Below are positions 10,542-19,495 of a DNA stretch of 64,000 nucleotides, in pieces. The DNA is taken from assembly GCA_964468745.1 (NCBI GenBank), contig CAYXVY010000079.1:7660-71659 (forward strand), in the 5' to 3' direction. Positions within the stretch are counted from its first letter, which is position 1, and each line of letters opens with the position of its first letter. The stretch comes from an uncultured Planctomycetales bacterium (GTDB lineage Bacteria; Planctomycetota; MHYJ01; JACPRB01). Under the pieces are notes generated by a model that was given only the letters and a program-made list of their open reading frames with translations, searched no databases and was not told where the DNA came from. The position numbers were made by a program, and so were the translations under genes.

Positions 10542-13500
10542 ATGCCGGACCTCCCGACGGGCAGGGCGCTGGGCTCGTACGTCCTTGTCGAGCAGATCGG
10601 CAGCGGCGGCTTCGGCGAGGTCTGGAAGGCGTGGGACACGAAGCTCTCGCGCTGGGTCGCGCTCAAGCTCCTCCGCGAGGAGAACCCCGAGGAGCTGCAG
10701 CGGTTCTTCCGCGAGGCGCGCCTGGCGGCCGCCATCGTGCACCCCGGCATCGTCCCCATCCACGAGGTCGGCAACGCGGACGGACGCCATTTCATCGCGA
10801 TGCAGCTCGTCGAAGGGGCCTCGCTCGCCGATCACGGACCGCTGCATCCGCGGGAGGCGGTGCGGATCATCGTCGACGTCGCCCGCGCGGTCGACTACGC
10901 GCACGAACGCGGCGTGGTGCACCGCGACCTCAAGCCGTCGAACATCCTGCGCGATCCCGAGGGCCGCGTGTTCGTCACCGACTTCGGCCTCGCCAAGCGC
11001 GTGAAGGCGGGCGCCCTCAGCGCCTCGAGCGTCCTCGTCGGAACCCCCGACTACATGAGCCCGGAGCAGGCGCGCGGCTCGGGGGTGGACCGCCGAAGCG
11101 ATGTCTGGTCGCTCGGCGCGACTCTCTACGCCCTGCTCGAGGGCCGGGCGCCGTTCGCGGGTCCGTCGGCACTCGACATCATGATCCGCGCCGCCTCGGA
11201 GCCCCCGCCGCCTCTCGAATCGGTCGAGCGCGATCTCGCGATAATCGTCATGAAGTGCCTCGAGAAGGACCCGGCGATGCGCTATCCCACCGCGGGCGAA
11301 CTCGCCGCGGACCTGCAACGCTGCCTCGCCGGCGAACCCATCAACGCGCGCGCGCCGTCGGTCATCTACCGGCTGCGCAAGCGCGTCGCGAAGAATCGCA
11401 CCCTCACCATCACGGGTATAGCGGCGGCGGTCCTCGCGGTCGGCGCGCTCGTCGTCGTGGGCGTCTATCGCGCGAAGTTGAGGGGCGCGGAAGAGTCGCT
11501 GCTGCTGCAATTGAGGCAGTCGACCGACGCGTACCTGGAGGCGGCGCTCGCCGCGCGTCGCGCCGGCGATCTCGAGCGGATGGACGCCTACGCGGAGAAA
11601 GTCGCAACGGTCTGCTCGGACGTCATCGCGCGGTCGCCCGCGCTCGCCGAGCCGCACCACCGCTGGGGACGCATGCTGCGGGCCCTCCTTCGATTCGACG
11701 AGGCGCGGGAGAAACTCGATGAGGCGGTTCGAAGAGACCCCGGCAACGAGGACGCCCGATACGAGCGCGGCGTCACCCGCCTGGCCCTCTGGGGCGACCG
11801 CATGGCCGCGATACGGGTCGAGATCCGCCGTCGCGAGGCGCTGCTCGTCGCGGGCCAGCGAGGCCTTGTGAAGGCGCGTGCCACGCCGCTCATCGAATAC
11901 GAGGACGCGGGGGCGCGCACGCTCCGGCTCGGCGCAGCGGAGGACCTGACCATCCCCGGTGCGGCGGCGGCCGCGCTGCGCAGCTTCGCGCTTCTCGAGG
12001 AACGGGCCTGGGAACACCTGCTGGAGGCCGCCCGCCTGTCCCCCGTCAACGTCGATCTCTGGCGCCACCTGGGCGAGATGGCGTTTGCAAACCGCGATGC
12101 GATACGGGCGGTCGAGCTTCATTCCGAGGCGGCGACCCGCGACCGCGGATTCCTGCCGTGCCGGCTCGGCCGGGCCGAGGCCCTGATCTATCTTTCCCGC
12201 GGCTCGGGCGAGGCCGACGAACGCAACAAGCTCTTCGACGCCGGGATCGCCGATCTCGACGATGTCGTGCGCATGCGGCCGCGGGTCGCGGCGTTCCGCC
12301 GTCGCCGTGCGGATGCGCTCGGCCGCTGGGCGGGGTCGCTCGACGTGCTGCGGCTGAAGTCGGACGACACGTGGGCGCGGGCGTTCGCCGACGCGGACGA
12401 AGCGATCCGACTCTCGCCGGCCGACTCCGAGGGGTACATCACGCGCGCCCAGCTGGCGGTCGACGATCTCGTGCATTCCGTCGCGCGCGGCGGCGAGCCG
12501 GGGTCTCGACTCGACGGCGCGATCGCCGACCTCCAGCGCGCCGTCGAACTCGGCGGTTCCGCCGGGGAGATCGCCACCTGGCGCTCGTACGCCTGGCTCG
12601 TCCTCGCCTCCCATCGGGCCGGGCGCGGAGAGCCGGCCGACGAGATCTTCGAGCGCGCGGTGAAACAGGCCGAGGAGGCGACGCGGGCGTCGCCGCGCAG
12701 CCACCTCGCATGGTTTCGCTCCGCCGAAGCGCGCGAGTTGTGGGTTCGTCACCGCAAGTACCGCGGCGAGCAGCCCATCGAACTCCACCGTGCCGCGATC
12801 GCCGACTACGACGAGGCGTTGCGCGTCTCGGAGATTCCGATCACGTACGTCGCCCGCGGCGTGGCTCGACTGAATTGGGAGCGCGGGCTCGCCTCGGGGA
12901 CGAAGGATCCCGCAGCGACGCTTCAGCCGGCCCTCAAGGATTTCGACCGAGGGCTCGAGCTCGACCCGGGAATGGACGAGGCGCGATTCTCCCGCGGCGA
13001 GACGAACCTGTTCATCGGCAGCTCGCTGCTCCAGCGCGGCCAGGACCCCACGCGGTTCTACGAGGCGGCGCTGGTCGATCTCGACGTCGCGCGGACGAAG
13101 ATGCCGCACGACGGCCGTGTCGCGCTCGCGCGGGCCGGCGTGCACGCGTCCTGGGCCTCGTGGCAAATGGGACGCAACGAGAATCCCACGAAGCACTTTG
13201 AAGCGGCCCTGGCGGACTTCGATGCGGCCGTCAGCCTCGGGCCGAGCAACGATGTCGCGTGGGCGAATCGCGGCTTCATACGCGGCTCCTGGATCGCGAT
13301 GCTCCTATCGACCCGCCCCGTGGACCGCGCGAAAGTCGAGGCGCTCGCCGACGGGATGGAGCGCGATTTCGCGGAGGCGCTGAAATTGAATCCCGGGAAT
13401 CCCGACACCTGGTATCGCCGGGGCCGCTCGCGGATGACCACAGGAAATTTCCAGGGAGCGATTGACGACCTAGAGGAGTCGGTCCGCCGCAATCCCAGGA

Positions 13501-13556
13501 TGGAATCGATCGCGCGCCCGATGATCGAACAGTGCAAGGCGCGGCAGCGCGAGTAG
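10542..13556 (+). CDS. Ser/Thr protein kinase fused to a TM segment and a long C-terminal TPR-repeat domain
   Basis: Kinase motifs GSGGFGEVWKA, HRDLKPSNIL, DFGLAK, GTPDYMSPE; TM segment ITGIAAAVLAVGALVVVGV; then ~650 aa of TPR-like repeats (A..Y.rG...). Start chosen at ATG 10542, which has GGAGG about 15 nt upstream. ATG 10473 is an alternative. The track ORF begins at 10077 inside the upstream gene. Confidence 0.85.
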   Translation: MPDLPTGRALGSYVLVEQIGSGGFGEVWKAWDTKLSRWVALKLLREENPEELQRFFREARLAAAIVHPGIVPIHEVGNADGRHFIAMQLVEGASLADHGPLHPREAVRIIVDVARAVDYAHERGVVHRDLKPSNILRDPEGRVFVTDFGLAKRVKAGALSASSVLVGTPDYMSPEQARGSGVDRRSDVWSLGATLYALLEGRAPFAGPSALDIMIRAASEPPPPLESVERDLAIIVMKCLEKDPAMRYPTAGELAADLQRCLAGEPINARAPSVIYRLRKRVAKNRTLTITGIAAAVLAVGALVVVGVYRAKLRGAEESLLLQLRQSTDAYLEAALAARRAGDLERMDAYAEKVATVCSDVIARSPALAEPHHRWGRMLRALLRFDEAREKLDEAVRRDPGNEDARYERGVTRLALWGDRMAAIRVEIRRREALLVAGQRGLVKARATPLIEYEDAGARTLRLGAAEDLTIPGAAAAALRSFALLEERAWEHLLEAARLSPVNVDLWRHLGEMAFANRDAIRAVELHSEAATRDRGFLPCRLGRAEALIYLSRGSGEADERNKLFDAGIADLDDVVRMRPRVAAFRRRRADALGRWAGSLDVLRLKSDDTWARAFADADEAIRLSPADSEGYITRAQLAVDDLVHSVARGGEPGSRLDGAIADLQRAVELGGSAGEIATWRSYAWLVLASHRAGRGEPADEIFERAVKQAEEATRASPRSHLAWFRSAEARELWVRHRKYRGEQPIELHRAAIADYDEALRVSEIPITYVARGVARLNWERGLASGTKDPAATLQPALKDFDRGLELDPGMDEARFSRGETNLFIGSSLLQRGQDPTRFYEAALVDLDVARTKMPHDGRVALARAGVHASWASWQMGRNENPTKHFEAALADFDAAVSLGPSNDVAWANRGFIRGSWIAMLLSTRPVDRAKVEALADGMERDFAEALKLNPGNPDTWYRRGRSRMTTGNFQGAIDDLEESVRRNPRMESIARPMIEQCKARQRE

Positions 13557-13678
13557 GCGCCAGAGCGCACCCTCCTTCGCCGTTCTACTGACTTCGCAGG
13601 GTGCTTGCGGGCTTCGGAGGGCAGGCAGAGAAGACCCGAAGCCACACCGTAAGCATGTGGCGCGGGGCGGAGACTGCC

Positions 13679-14674
13679 CTACGCCCGAGGACCCCGGCGC
13701 CTGAGCAGCAGCAGGAAGAACGGCGCGCCCGCAAGGGCCGTCACGGAGCCGACGGGCAACCCCGCCGGAGGAAGAGCGATACGCGCAACCAGATCTGCAC
13801 CGACGAGGAACGTGCCGCCGGCAAGAATGGTCACGGGCAACAGCGTCCGATGATCGGGACCGACGACCAGCCGCACCACGTGCGGCACGATGAGCCCGAC
13901 GAACCCGATGATGCCGCACATCGCCACCGCCACCGCCGCCGCGATCGCGCCGGCCGCCAGCAGCACCATTTTCACGCGTTCGACCTCGACCCCGAGCTGC
14001 TGCGCCGGCTCCTCGCCGAGAAGCATCACGTTGAGATCGCGCGCGAAGAACCCCACAATGCCGAGCGAGACGGCGACGAACGGCAGCGCGACCTTGAGCC
14101 GGATGCCGGCGTCGGGCCGCGCCACGCTCCCCAACATCCACGTCATGATTTCGTTCCAGTTCTGCGTGTGCATGAGGAGGAGGATCGACACCATCGCGCT
14201 CGCGAAGGAACTGACCGCGAAGCCCGCGAGCAGCAGCGTCGTCACTGGCGTCCGCCCCCGCGCGCTCGAAAGCCTCCACACGAGCCACGTCGCGCCGAGC
14301 GCGCCGACGAAGGCCGCGAACGTCGTCGCCCCGAGTCCAAGCAGCGTAACGTTCACCCCGGCGACGATCGCGCACACCGCCCCGAGCGCCGCGCCCCCCG
14401 ACGCGCCGACGACGAACGGGTCGGCCAGGGGATTCCGGAAGAGCCCCTGGAAAACCGCGCCCGATCCCGCGAGCGCCGCGCCGACGACGAAGGCGAGCAT
14501 CGCCTGATCGAGGCGCAGCATCACGATGGAGTTCGTCAGATCGTGCGCGCGCAGGGCCGCGAACACCTCGCCGGGCGTCAGCCGTGCCGGGCCCACGAAG
14601 AGCGACGCCGCCATGAGGGCGAGCGCGGCCGCCGCAAGACCCGCCATCGCGAGTCGCCGGTCAATTCTTCTCAT
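13679..14674 (-). CDS. ABC transporter permease, FecCD/BtuC family (vitamin B12 / iron-chelate type)
   Basis: About 9 TM segments and FecCD-family glycine-rich motifs (GASGGAALGAV, LAGAPFFLLLL). Last gene of the riboswitch-controlled operon. Confidence 0.9.
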   Translation of the reverse strand: MRRIDRRLAMAGLAAAALALMAASLFVGPARLTPGEVFAALRAHDLTNSIVMLRLDQAMLAFVVGAALAGSGAVFQGLFRNPLADPFVVGASGGAALGAVCAIVAGVNVTLLGLGATTFAAFVGALGATWLVWRLSSARGRTPVTTLLLAGFAVSSFASAMVSILLLMHTQNWNEIMTWMLGSVARPDAGIRLKVALPFVAVSLGIVGFFARDLNVMLLGEEPAQQLGVEVERVKMVLLAAGAIAAAVAVAMCGIIGFVGLIVPHVVRLVVGPDHRTLLPVTILAGGTFLVGADLVARIALPPAGLPVGSVTALAGAPFFLLLLRRRGPRA

Positions 14675-15497
14675 GGAGAAACCTCGCCGCCAGCTCGAGT
14701 CCGTCCACGAGGCGGGGCGTCGGGTAGATGAACGCCTCCTTCGGCACCACGTGAACCCGTCCCGTCCTCACAGCCTTCAGCCGGTCCCATCCCGTCCGCG
14801 ACGCGAGGTTCGCCGTATTGCCGTGCGCGATGAAGATGACGTCCGGATCGCGCTGCAGCACGAGCTCCCAGGAGATCTGCCCCCACGTCCACGGCATGTC
14901 GTCGAAGATATTGCGCCCCCCCGCCCGACGGATCGCATCCCCCGAGTATCCCCTCGACGTGGCCGTCCACAGGGGATCGTGCGACGACTCGAAGAAGAAT
15001 GTAGGCTGCACTCTGCCGCGCACCCGATCCTCGACCGCACGTACGCGATCGAGAAGGCGGCGCGCCTCGACTTCGCCGCGCGCCTCGTTCCCTGTCAGGC
15101 GCCCGAGACGACGCAACTCCCCCGCAATATCCTCGAACGACTCGCCATACACCTCGACGACGCGAATCCCCATGGTCCTGAGAGCGCGATTGGAATCGTG
15201 CGCCATGCGGTCGACCGACATCACGCAATCGGGACGCAACGCGACGATCCGCTCATAGTTGAGGACGAGATCGCCCACCTTGTCCTTTTGCTTCGCCTCA
15301 GGAGGAAAGTCGCAATACGTCGTGACGCCGACGATGCGGTCGCCGGCGCCGACGGCGAACAGGAGCTCCGTGACGCTGGGGACAATGGAGACGATGCGGT
15401 CGTACTTTTCCTCGGGGAGTCCGCGGCCGGGCCGGTTCGCGTAGACGAGGATTCCCAGGAACACCGAGCCCAGGACGACCGGCAGGATCCTCCTCAC
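14661..15497 (-). CDS. ABC transporter periplasmic substrate-binding protein, BtuF/FepB-like (class III)
   Basis: GTG start at 15497 overlaps the TGA stop of the upstream ATPase gene in a GTGA arrangement. Signal peptide VRRILPVVLGSVFLGILVYA, then RIVSIVPSVTELLFAVGAGDRIVGVT, which is typical of BtuF-like binding proteins. The track ORF extends ~120 codons further upstream, but that extension is Arg/Gly-rich low-complexity sequence. Confidence 0.8.
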   Translation of the reverse strand: MRRILPVVLGSVFLGILVYANRPGRGLPEEKYDRIVSIVPSVTELLFAVGAGDRIVGVTTYCDFPPEAKQKDKVGDLVLNYERIVALRPDCVMSVDRMAHDSNRALRTMGIRVVEVYGESFEDIAGELRRLGRLTGNEARGEVEARRLLDRVRAVEDRVRGRVQPTFFFESSHDPLWTATSRGYSGDAIRRAGGRNIFDDMPWTWGQISWELVLQRDPDVIFIAHGNTANLASRTGWDRLKAVRTGRVHVVPKEAFIYPTPRLVDGLELAARFLHEKN

Positions 15498-16255
15498 GAG
15501 ATCCTCGGCAGAAACACGAGCCGCCCGTCGCGCTGCAGCACTTCGACGTTGATCTTGAAGATCCGCTCGATCATCTCCGCCGTGAGAACGTCCGCGGGCG
15601 CGCCTGCTGCGACGATGCGTCCGCGTTCGATCAACACGAGCCTCCGGCAGAAAGCGGCCGCAAGATTCAGGTCGTGCATCACCGCCACCACCGCACATCC
15701 GAGTTCCGCAACCATGCGCATCGTCTGCACCTGGTGGCCCAGATCGAGGTGTGCCGTCGGCTCGTCGAGCAGGAGGACCCGCGGCTCCTGCGCGAAGGCA
15801 CGTGCGAGGATGACGCGCTGGCGCTCGCCTCCCGAGAGTTCCGTCACCAGGCGGTCGCGCAGCTCCCACGTTTCCGTCCGCTCCATCGCGCGGCGGACGA
15901 CGTCGAGATCCGCCGCCGACTCGCCCTGAAAGCGGCCGAGATGCGGCGCCCGTCCCATCAGGACCGCCTCGTGACAGGTGAAGTCGAAGGCCGGAGCCCC
16001 CTCCTGCGGCACGACGCCGATCGCGCGAGCGGACTCGCCCGCGCTCACGTCGCCATAAAGATCGCGACCGTCCAGCAGCGCGCGCCCGACGCGAGGCCGC
16101 AACACGCGGCTCATCGCGCGGACGAGCGTCGATTTCCCGGCTCCGTTCGGGCCCAGGAGGCCGACGAAATCCCCGGGCGCGATCTTCAACGTCACGTCCG
16201 AGAGGACGTGCACGCCGTCGTACGCGCAGGTGACTCCGTCGACCTCGATGATCAT
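15494..16255 (-). CDS. ABC transporter ATP-binding protein (BtuD/FecE-like)
   Basis: Walker A GPNGAGKST, signature LSGGERQRV, Walker B LLLDEPT. ATG at 16255 directly abuts the stop of the receptor gene. Confidence 0.9.
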   Translation of the reverse strand: MIIEVDGVTCAYDGVHVLSDVTLKIAPGDFVGLLGPNGAGKSTLVRAMSRVLRPRVGRALLDGRDLYGDVSAGESARAIGVVPQEGAPAFDFTCHEAVLMGRAPHLGRFQGESAADLDVVRRAMERTETWELRDRLVTELSGGERQRVILARAFAQEPRVLLLDEPTAHLDLGHQVQTMRMVAELGCAVVAVMHDLNLAAAFCRRLVLIERGRIVAAGAPADVLTAEMIERIFKINVEVLQRDGRLVFLPRIS

Positions 16256-18253
16256 TTAGAAGTCGGCCTCCAGGGAGATCAGCACGCTGCGTTCGGCGCC
16301 CGGATTGAAAGCAGTGCCGGCGAAGCCGAGCCCGCCGCTTTCAAAATACTCGCGATCGAAGACGTTGTAGACCGCGAGCGACGCCAGTGCCTTCCCCCAG
16401 CGCACGCTGACCTTCGTGTCCATCAGCGCGTACTTCCCCAGCTTGGGGGCCGTGTTCGACGTGTCGCTGATCTGATAGCGGCTGCCGACGAAACGGCCAA
16501 GCAGCGTGAGATACACGTCGCTGTACGTGATCGTCGATCCGAGCAGCCCCTGGTGCGGCGGCGTGACGGGATAACGCTTTCCGTCCAGTCCGCTGCTCTT
16601 GATCACCGCGTCGGTATACGTGTAGACCCCGAAGATCTCCAGACCCACGGGGGTCTCCGGTTCGAGCGGCGTCAGGCGCACCTCCGCTTCGATGCCCCGA
16701 TGGCTCACGCGCTCGAAGTTGAAGTTCGTGCCGAAAAATCCGGACGACGGATTGAAGTAGATCTCGTTCTTGACGTTCATCCAATAGTACCCGAGGCCCG
16801 CGCTGCCCCACCTCGGCGACCAAAGCCTCACGCCCGTCTCGAACGAGTGGGCGCGCTCCGGCTGGAGCTCCGGATCGGACGCGCTGAATCCGACGAGCTC
16901 GTCGCGCGTCGGATACTTGAAGGGCCGGCCGTAGCTCGCGTAGATGCTCAACTCGTCCAGCGCGTGATACGTCGCGCCGAAGGCGGGGCTCACCTGCGAG
17001 AACGCCTTCTGCTTCTGGACAGCCGGGCTGAAGGCGGCGCCGCTGACGGCGCGATCGAGATCGAGCAGCGCGCGGTCCCAGCGGAGGCTGCCCGATAGGA
17101 CGAGCGCCTCGAGCGGGCGGACCTCGACATGGCCGAAGAGCCCAACCAGGCGGCGCACGTATTCGTTCTCCGTGCCCGCGGCGGAACCGAAGAAGACCGA
17201 GTCGGAGAGCGCATCCGAAGACTCGTGCACGAGGTCGGTGCCGACAGTGAGCTTCCAGGCGAGCCCGAGGAGATCGACGTCGAGCACGTCCTTCAAATGC
17301 AGCGCGATTTGCTTGTAGTCGTCCTCCGTGTCGAAGAAGTCGCCGCCGCCGAATTCGTCGTGAGCGTCGGATTCGCCGTCGAGGAAGCTGAGCTGCGCGG
17401 TGACGACGCCGAAATCGCCCCCCTCCCACGTGAAGAATACGTCGCCGTAGGCGTTTGCCGAATCGGCGTGGTCGTTCGGATTGACGGTCCCGGCGCGCCC
17501 TACGGCGGCGAGATCCGCCGGCGTCAACGTGCCCGGCCTGCGGCGTTCGTCGTCGTGCACACCGATTTTCAGCGCGAGGCGGAGCCCCTCGCCGAGCGGG
17601 TATTCCAGGTCGGCTGTCAGATCGACGGCGTCGTAACCGCTATTCTCGCGCCAGCCGTCGGTGTGCTGCGCGCCACCGAAGAGGCGGTATTCGAGGTCGT
17701 CGCATTTGCCGCTGACTTCAGCCGCGCCGTGCGCCGTGTTCCACGATCCCCCCTCTGCCAAGGCCCGCCACCTGGTCTCTTCCTTCTTCTCCCGCCGCGT
17801 GATGATGTTGATGACGCCGGCCAGTGCCGGGTCGCCGTAGAGCGCCGCGGCGCCGCCGCGCACGACCTCGATTCGTTCGACGTTTCGCAGCGGGATCGTC
17901 GCCCAATCTGTGCCGCCCGAGGTGGGACTGTTCGTGCGGCGCCCGTCCACGAGGACGAGCGTGCGCTGGCCATTTCCCGCCCCGTTGTTGTATCCGCGCA
18001 GGTCGAGCAGCGCATCGGCGCCGTGCGGGTTGGGGCCCTGAGCGAAAAATCCCGGCACCGTGCGGAGCACGTCGACGATGTTCGACGCGCCGCTCTTCTC
18101 GATCTGCTCGCGCGTGACGACGGTCACACCGGCGGCGACGTCGAGCACATCGCTTTCGCTGCGCGTCGCCACGACGACGACTTCCTTTTCCTTCTCCTGT
18201 TTCTTCTCGGTCGACTCCTGCGCCATGAGCACCGTAGCCAGAACCAGCCACAT
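16256..18253 (-). CDS. TonB-dependent outer-membrane receptor (BtuB-like, by context)
   Basis: Signal peptide MWLVLATVLMAQ; TonB-box-like VVVVATR; plug-domain motifs; C-terminal ...SLEADF. Start at ATG 18253, with GGAGG 5 nt upstream. The gene sits downstream of a cobalamin riboswitch. Confidence 0.85.
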   Translation of the reverse strand: MWLVLATVLMAQESTEKKQEKEKEVVVVATRSESDVLDVAAGVTVVTREQIEKSGASNIVDVLRTVPGFFAQGPNPHGADALLDLRGYNNGAGNGQRTLVLVDGRRTNSPTSGGTDWATIPLRNVERIEVVRGGAAALYGDPALAGVINIITRREKKEETRWRALAEGGSWNTAHGAAEVSGKCDDLEYRLFGGAQHTDGWRENSGYDAVDLTADLEYPLGEGLRLALKIGVHDDERRRPGTLTPADLAAVGRAGTVNPNDHADSANAYGDVFFTWEGGDFGVVTAQLSFLDGESDAHDEFGGGDFFDTEDDYKQIALHLKDVLDVDLLGLAWKLTVGTDLVHESSDALSDSVFFGSAAGTENEYVRRLVGLFGHVEVRPLEALVLSGSLRWDRALLDLDRAVSGAAFSPAVQKQKAFSQVSPAFGATYHALDELSIYASYGRPFKYPTRDELVGFSASDPELQPERAHSFETGVRLWSPRWGSAGLGYYWMNVKNEIYFNPSSGFFGTNFNFERVSHRGIEAEVRLTPLEPETPVGLEIFGVYTYTDAVIKSSGLDGKRYPVTPPHQGLLGSTITYSDVYLTLLGRFVGSRYQISDTSNTAPKLGKYALMDTKVSVRWGKALASLAVYNVFDREYFESGGLGFAGTAFNPGAERSVLISLEADF

Positions 18254-18299
18254 GGGATCCTCCGGACGCAAAGAGAGAACCAGAACGGCGTCAAGGGAC

Positions 18300-18500
18300 G
18301 ACACCCTGTGGTCCCCCCGGTCGCATTTCTTCGTCGAGAAGCGCGACCACGCTCACAGGCAGGTCTTCTGGCTTCTGGGCTACCTACTCCCCGGTCTTCC
18401 CGACGTTTGTCAGTGACCTGTGGGTTTCGTTCCCAGTTACAGCGGCGGGACCGCCTCGGCGTTTCACCGAGTTCCCTATTGAGCCCCGAGGGGCACCTGT
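18300..18500 (-). promoter_or_regulatory. Cobalamin (AdoCbl) riboswitch in the 5' leader of the TonB-dependent receptor / ABC importer operon
   Basis: The minus-strand RNA reads GGUGCCCCUCGGGGCUCAAUAGGGAACUCGGUGAAACGCCGAGGCGGUCCCGCCGCUGUAACUGGGAACGAAACCCACAGGUCACUG. This contains the conserved AAUAGGGAA, GGUGAAA, GCUGUAAC-GGGAA and B12-box-like GGUCACUG elements in the canonical order, located 50-250 nt upstream of the receptor start. Confidence 0.75.
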
Positions 18501-18509
18501 GATGGCGGT

Positions 18510-19088
18510 ATGATACGGGGCGTGGCCGAGGAGTCAACGACTGAAGCGCCCGTGCCGCCGCTGCCGATGTCGGCGAAGCTGTTGGGGATCGTCTTCGCGC
18601 TGATGGCGGGGATGAGCATTCCGTCGAGCCTGTTCTCGCTGGCGTGTGGGGGGCTGTTCGCCCTCGCCGGGCGGCCCGACATTCCACGAGAGGTCAAGTT
18701 CCTCGAGCCGGTGATCGATTGGGTCCTCGCATGGCACCTGCCGCTGACGCTGCTCGAACTCGTGTCGAGCACGATCGTGCTCGTGATTTCCGTGCAATTC
18801 CTGCGACGGCGCGGCTGGGCGCGCACGGGGATGGAGATCCTGAACTGGCTGGTGGCCGTGCTCCTCGTGCCGCTCGGCGTGGGGATGATGGTCTTCATGC
18901 GCGATATCCGCCGGTGGATGCCGCCCGAGCTCGACAGCAAACAGATTGAGGCGATCGATTTGATCGGCTCTATCTTCGGTTACGTCGGACTCGGAATGGG
19001 AATCCTGTTCGCTTTTTTCCACGTCGGCATCGCGCTCTATCTGCGGAAGAAGATCATCCGCGACGCGATGGTTCACAGGGCGGCCTAG
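18510..19088 (+). CDS. Small integral membrane protein (4 predicted TM helices), hypothetical
   Basis: Hydrophobic stretches LLGIVFALMAGM, VLAWHLPLTLLELVSSTIVLVI, LNWLVAVLLVPLGVGMMVF and GYVGLGMGILFAFFHVGIAL. Divergent from the riboswitch. The true start may be the internal ATG at 18567. Confidence 0.4.
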   Translation: MIRGVAEESTTEAPVPPLPMSAKLLGIVFALMAGMSIPSSLFSLACGGLFALAGRPDIPREVKFLEPVIDWVLAWHLPLTLLELVSSTIVLVISVQFLRRRGWARTGMEILNWLVAVLLVPLGVGMMVFMRDIRRWMPPELDSKQIEAIDLIGSIFGYVGLGMGILFAFFHVGIALYLRKKIIRDAMVHRAA

Positions 19089-19154
19089 AGCGCACGGAGA
19101 AGGCGGCTCGAAGCTCACTGGCAGATCGGTGTCGCACGGCGAACGGTCATCCAC

Positions 19155-19290
19155 CCGATACACACCGAGGAAACCGAGGAAACCGAGGAGCCTTGGTTGG
19201 GCGTGAGATTCCCCCCCAACCCTCTCTCGGTTTCCTCAGTTCTCTCGGTGTTGATCTCCTTCTCGCGCGGAGTTACCGAGATCCCCTTGG
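19155..19290. repeat. Cluster of short direct and inverted repeats in an intergenic region: 3 tandem AACCGAGGA units, then the inverted complement CTCTCGGTTTCCTC, with further CTCGG / CCGAG copies
   Basis: Read directly: accgaggaaaccgaggaaaccgaggag ... cccccccaaccctctctcggtttcctcagttctctcggtg ... taccgagatcc. Arms of ~14 bp can pair around a ~35-nt loop, which itself contains ggttggg/cccaacc. Confidence 0.5.
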
Positions 19291-19495
19291 TGGGCAAGGC
19301 GGTCTTGGCGGCCTATTCGGAAAGTGCGTTGTTGGATTGCCGCTCTTCGTCCGCGCACGCTCCGTGTCTCTGTGGCAATCCGGCTCCGTGCGCTGGTGGC
19401 ATGTAACCCCGACAACAGGCTTCTTCTCTAGTGATCGTGGATAGAGCCGGCTGCGCCGTAGGGGCGCGGCTTCCCTCGCCACAAGGAGAAACGCC

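Noticed and set aside
10182-13196. 1004-aa minus-strand ORF opposite the kinase-TPR gene
   Set aside because: The plus-strand frame carries a complete Hanks kinase motif set. The minus frame is an R/G/P-rich antisense artefact.
13557-13678. Structured element between the convergent kinase-TPR gene and the ABC permease gene
   Set aside because: It contains two GC-rich inverted repeats (GCACCCT/AGGGTGC; GGCTTCGG/CCGAAGCC). These are most simply bidirectional terminators for the convergent genes. Nothing suggests an RNA gene.
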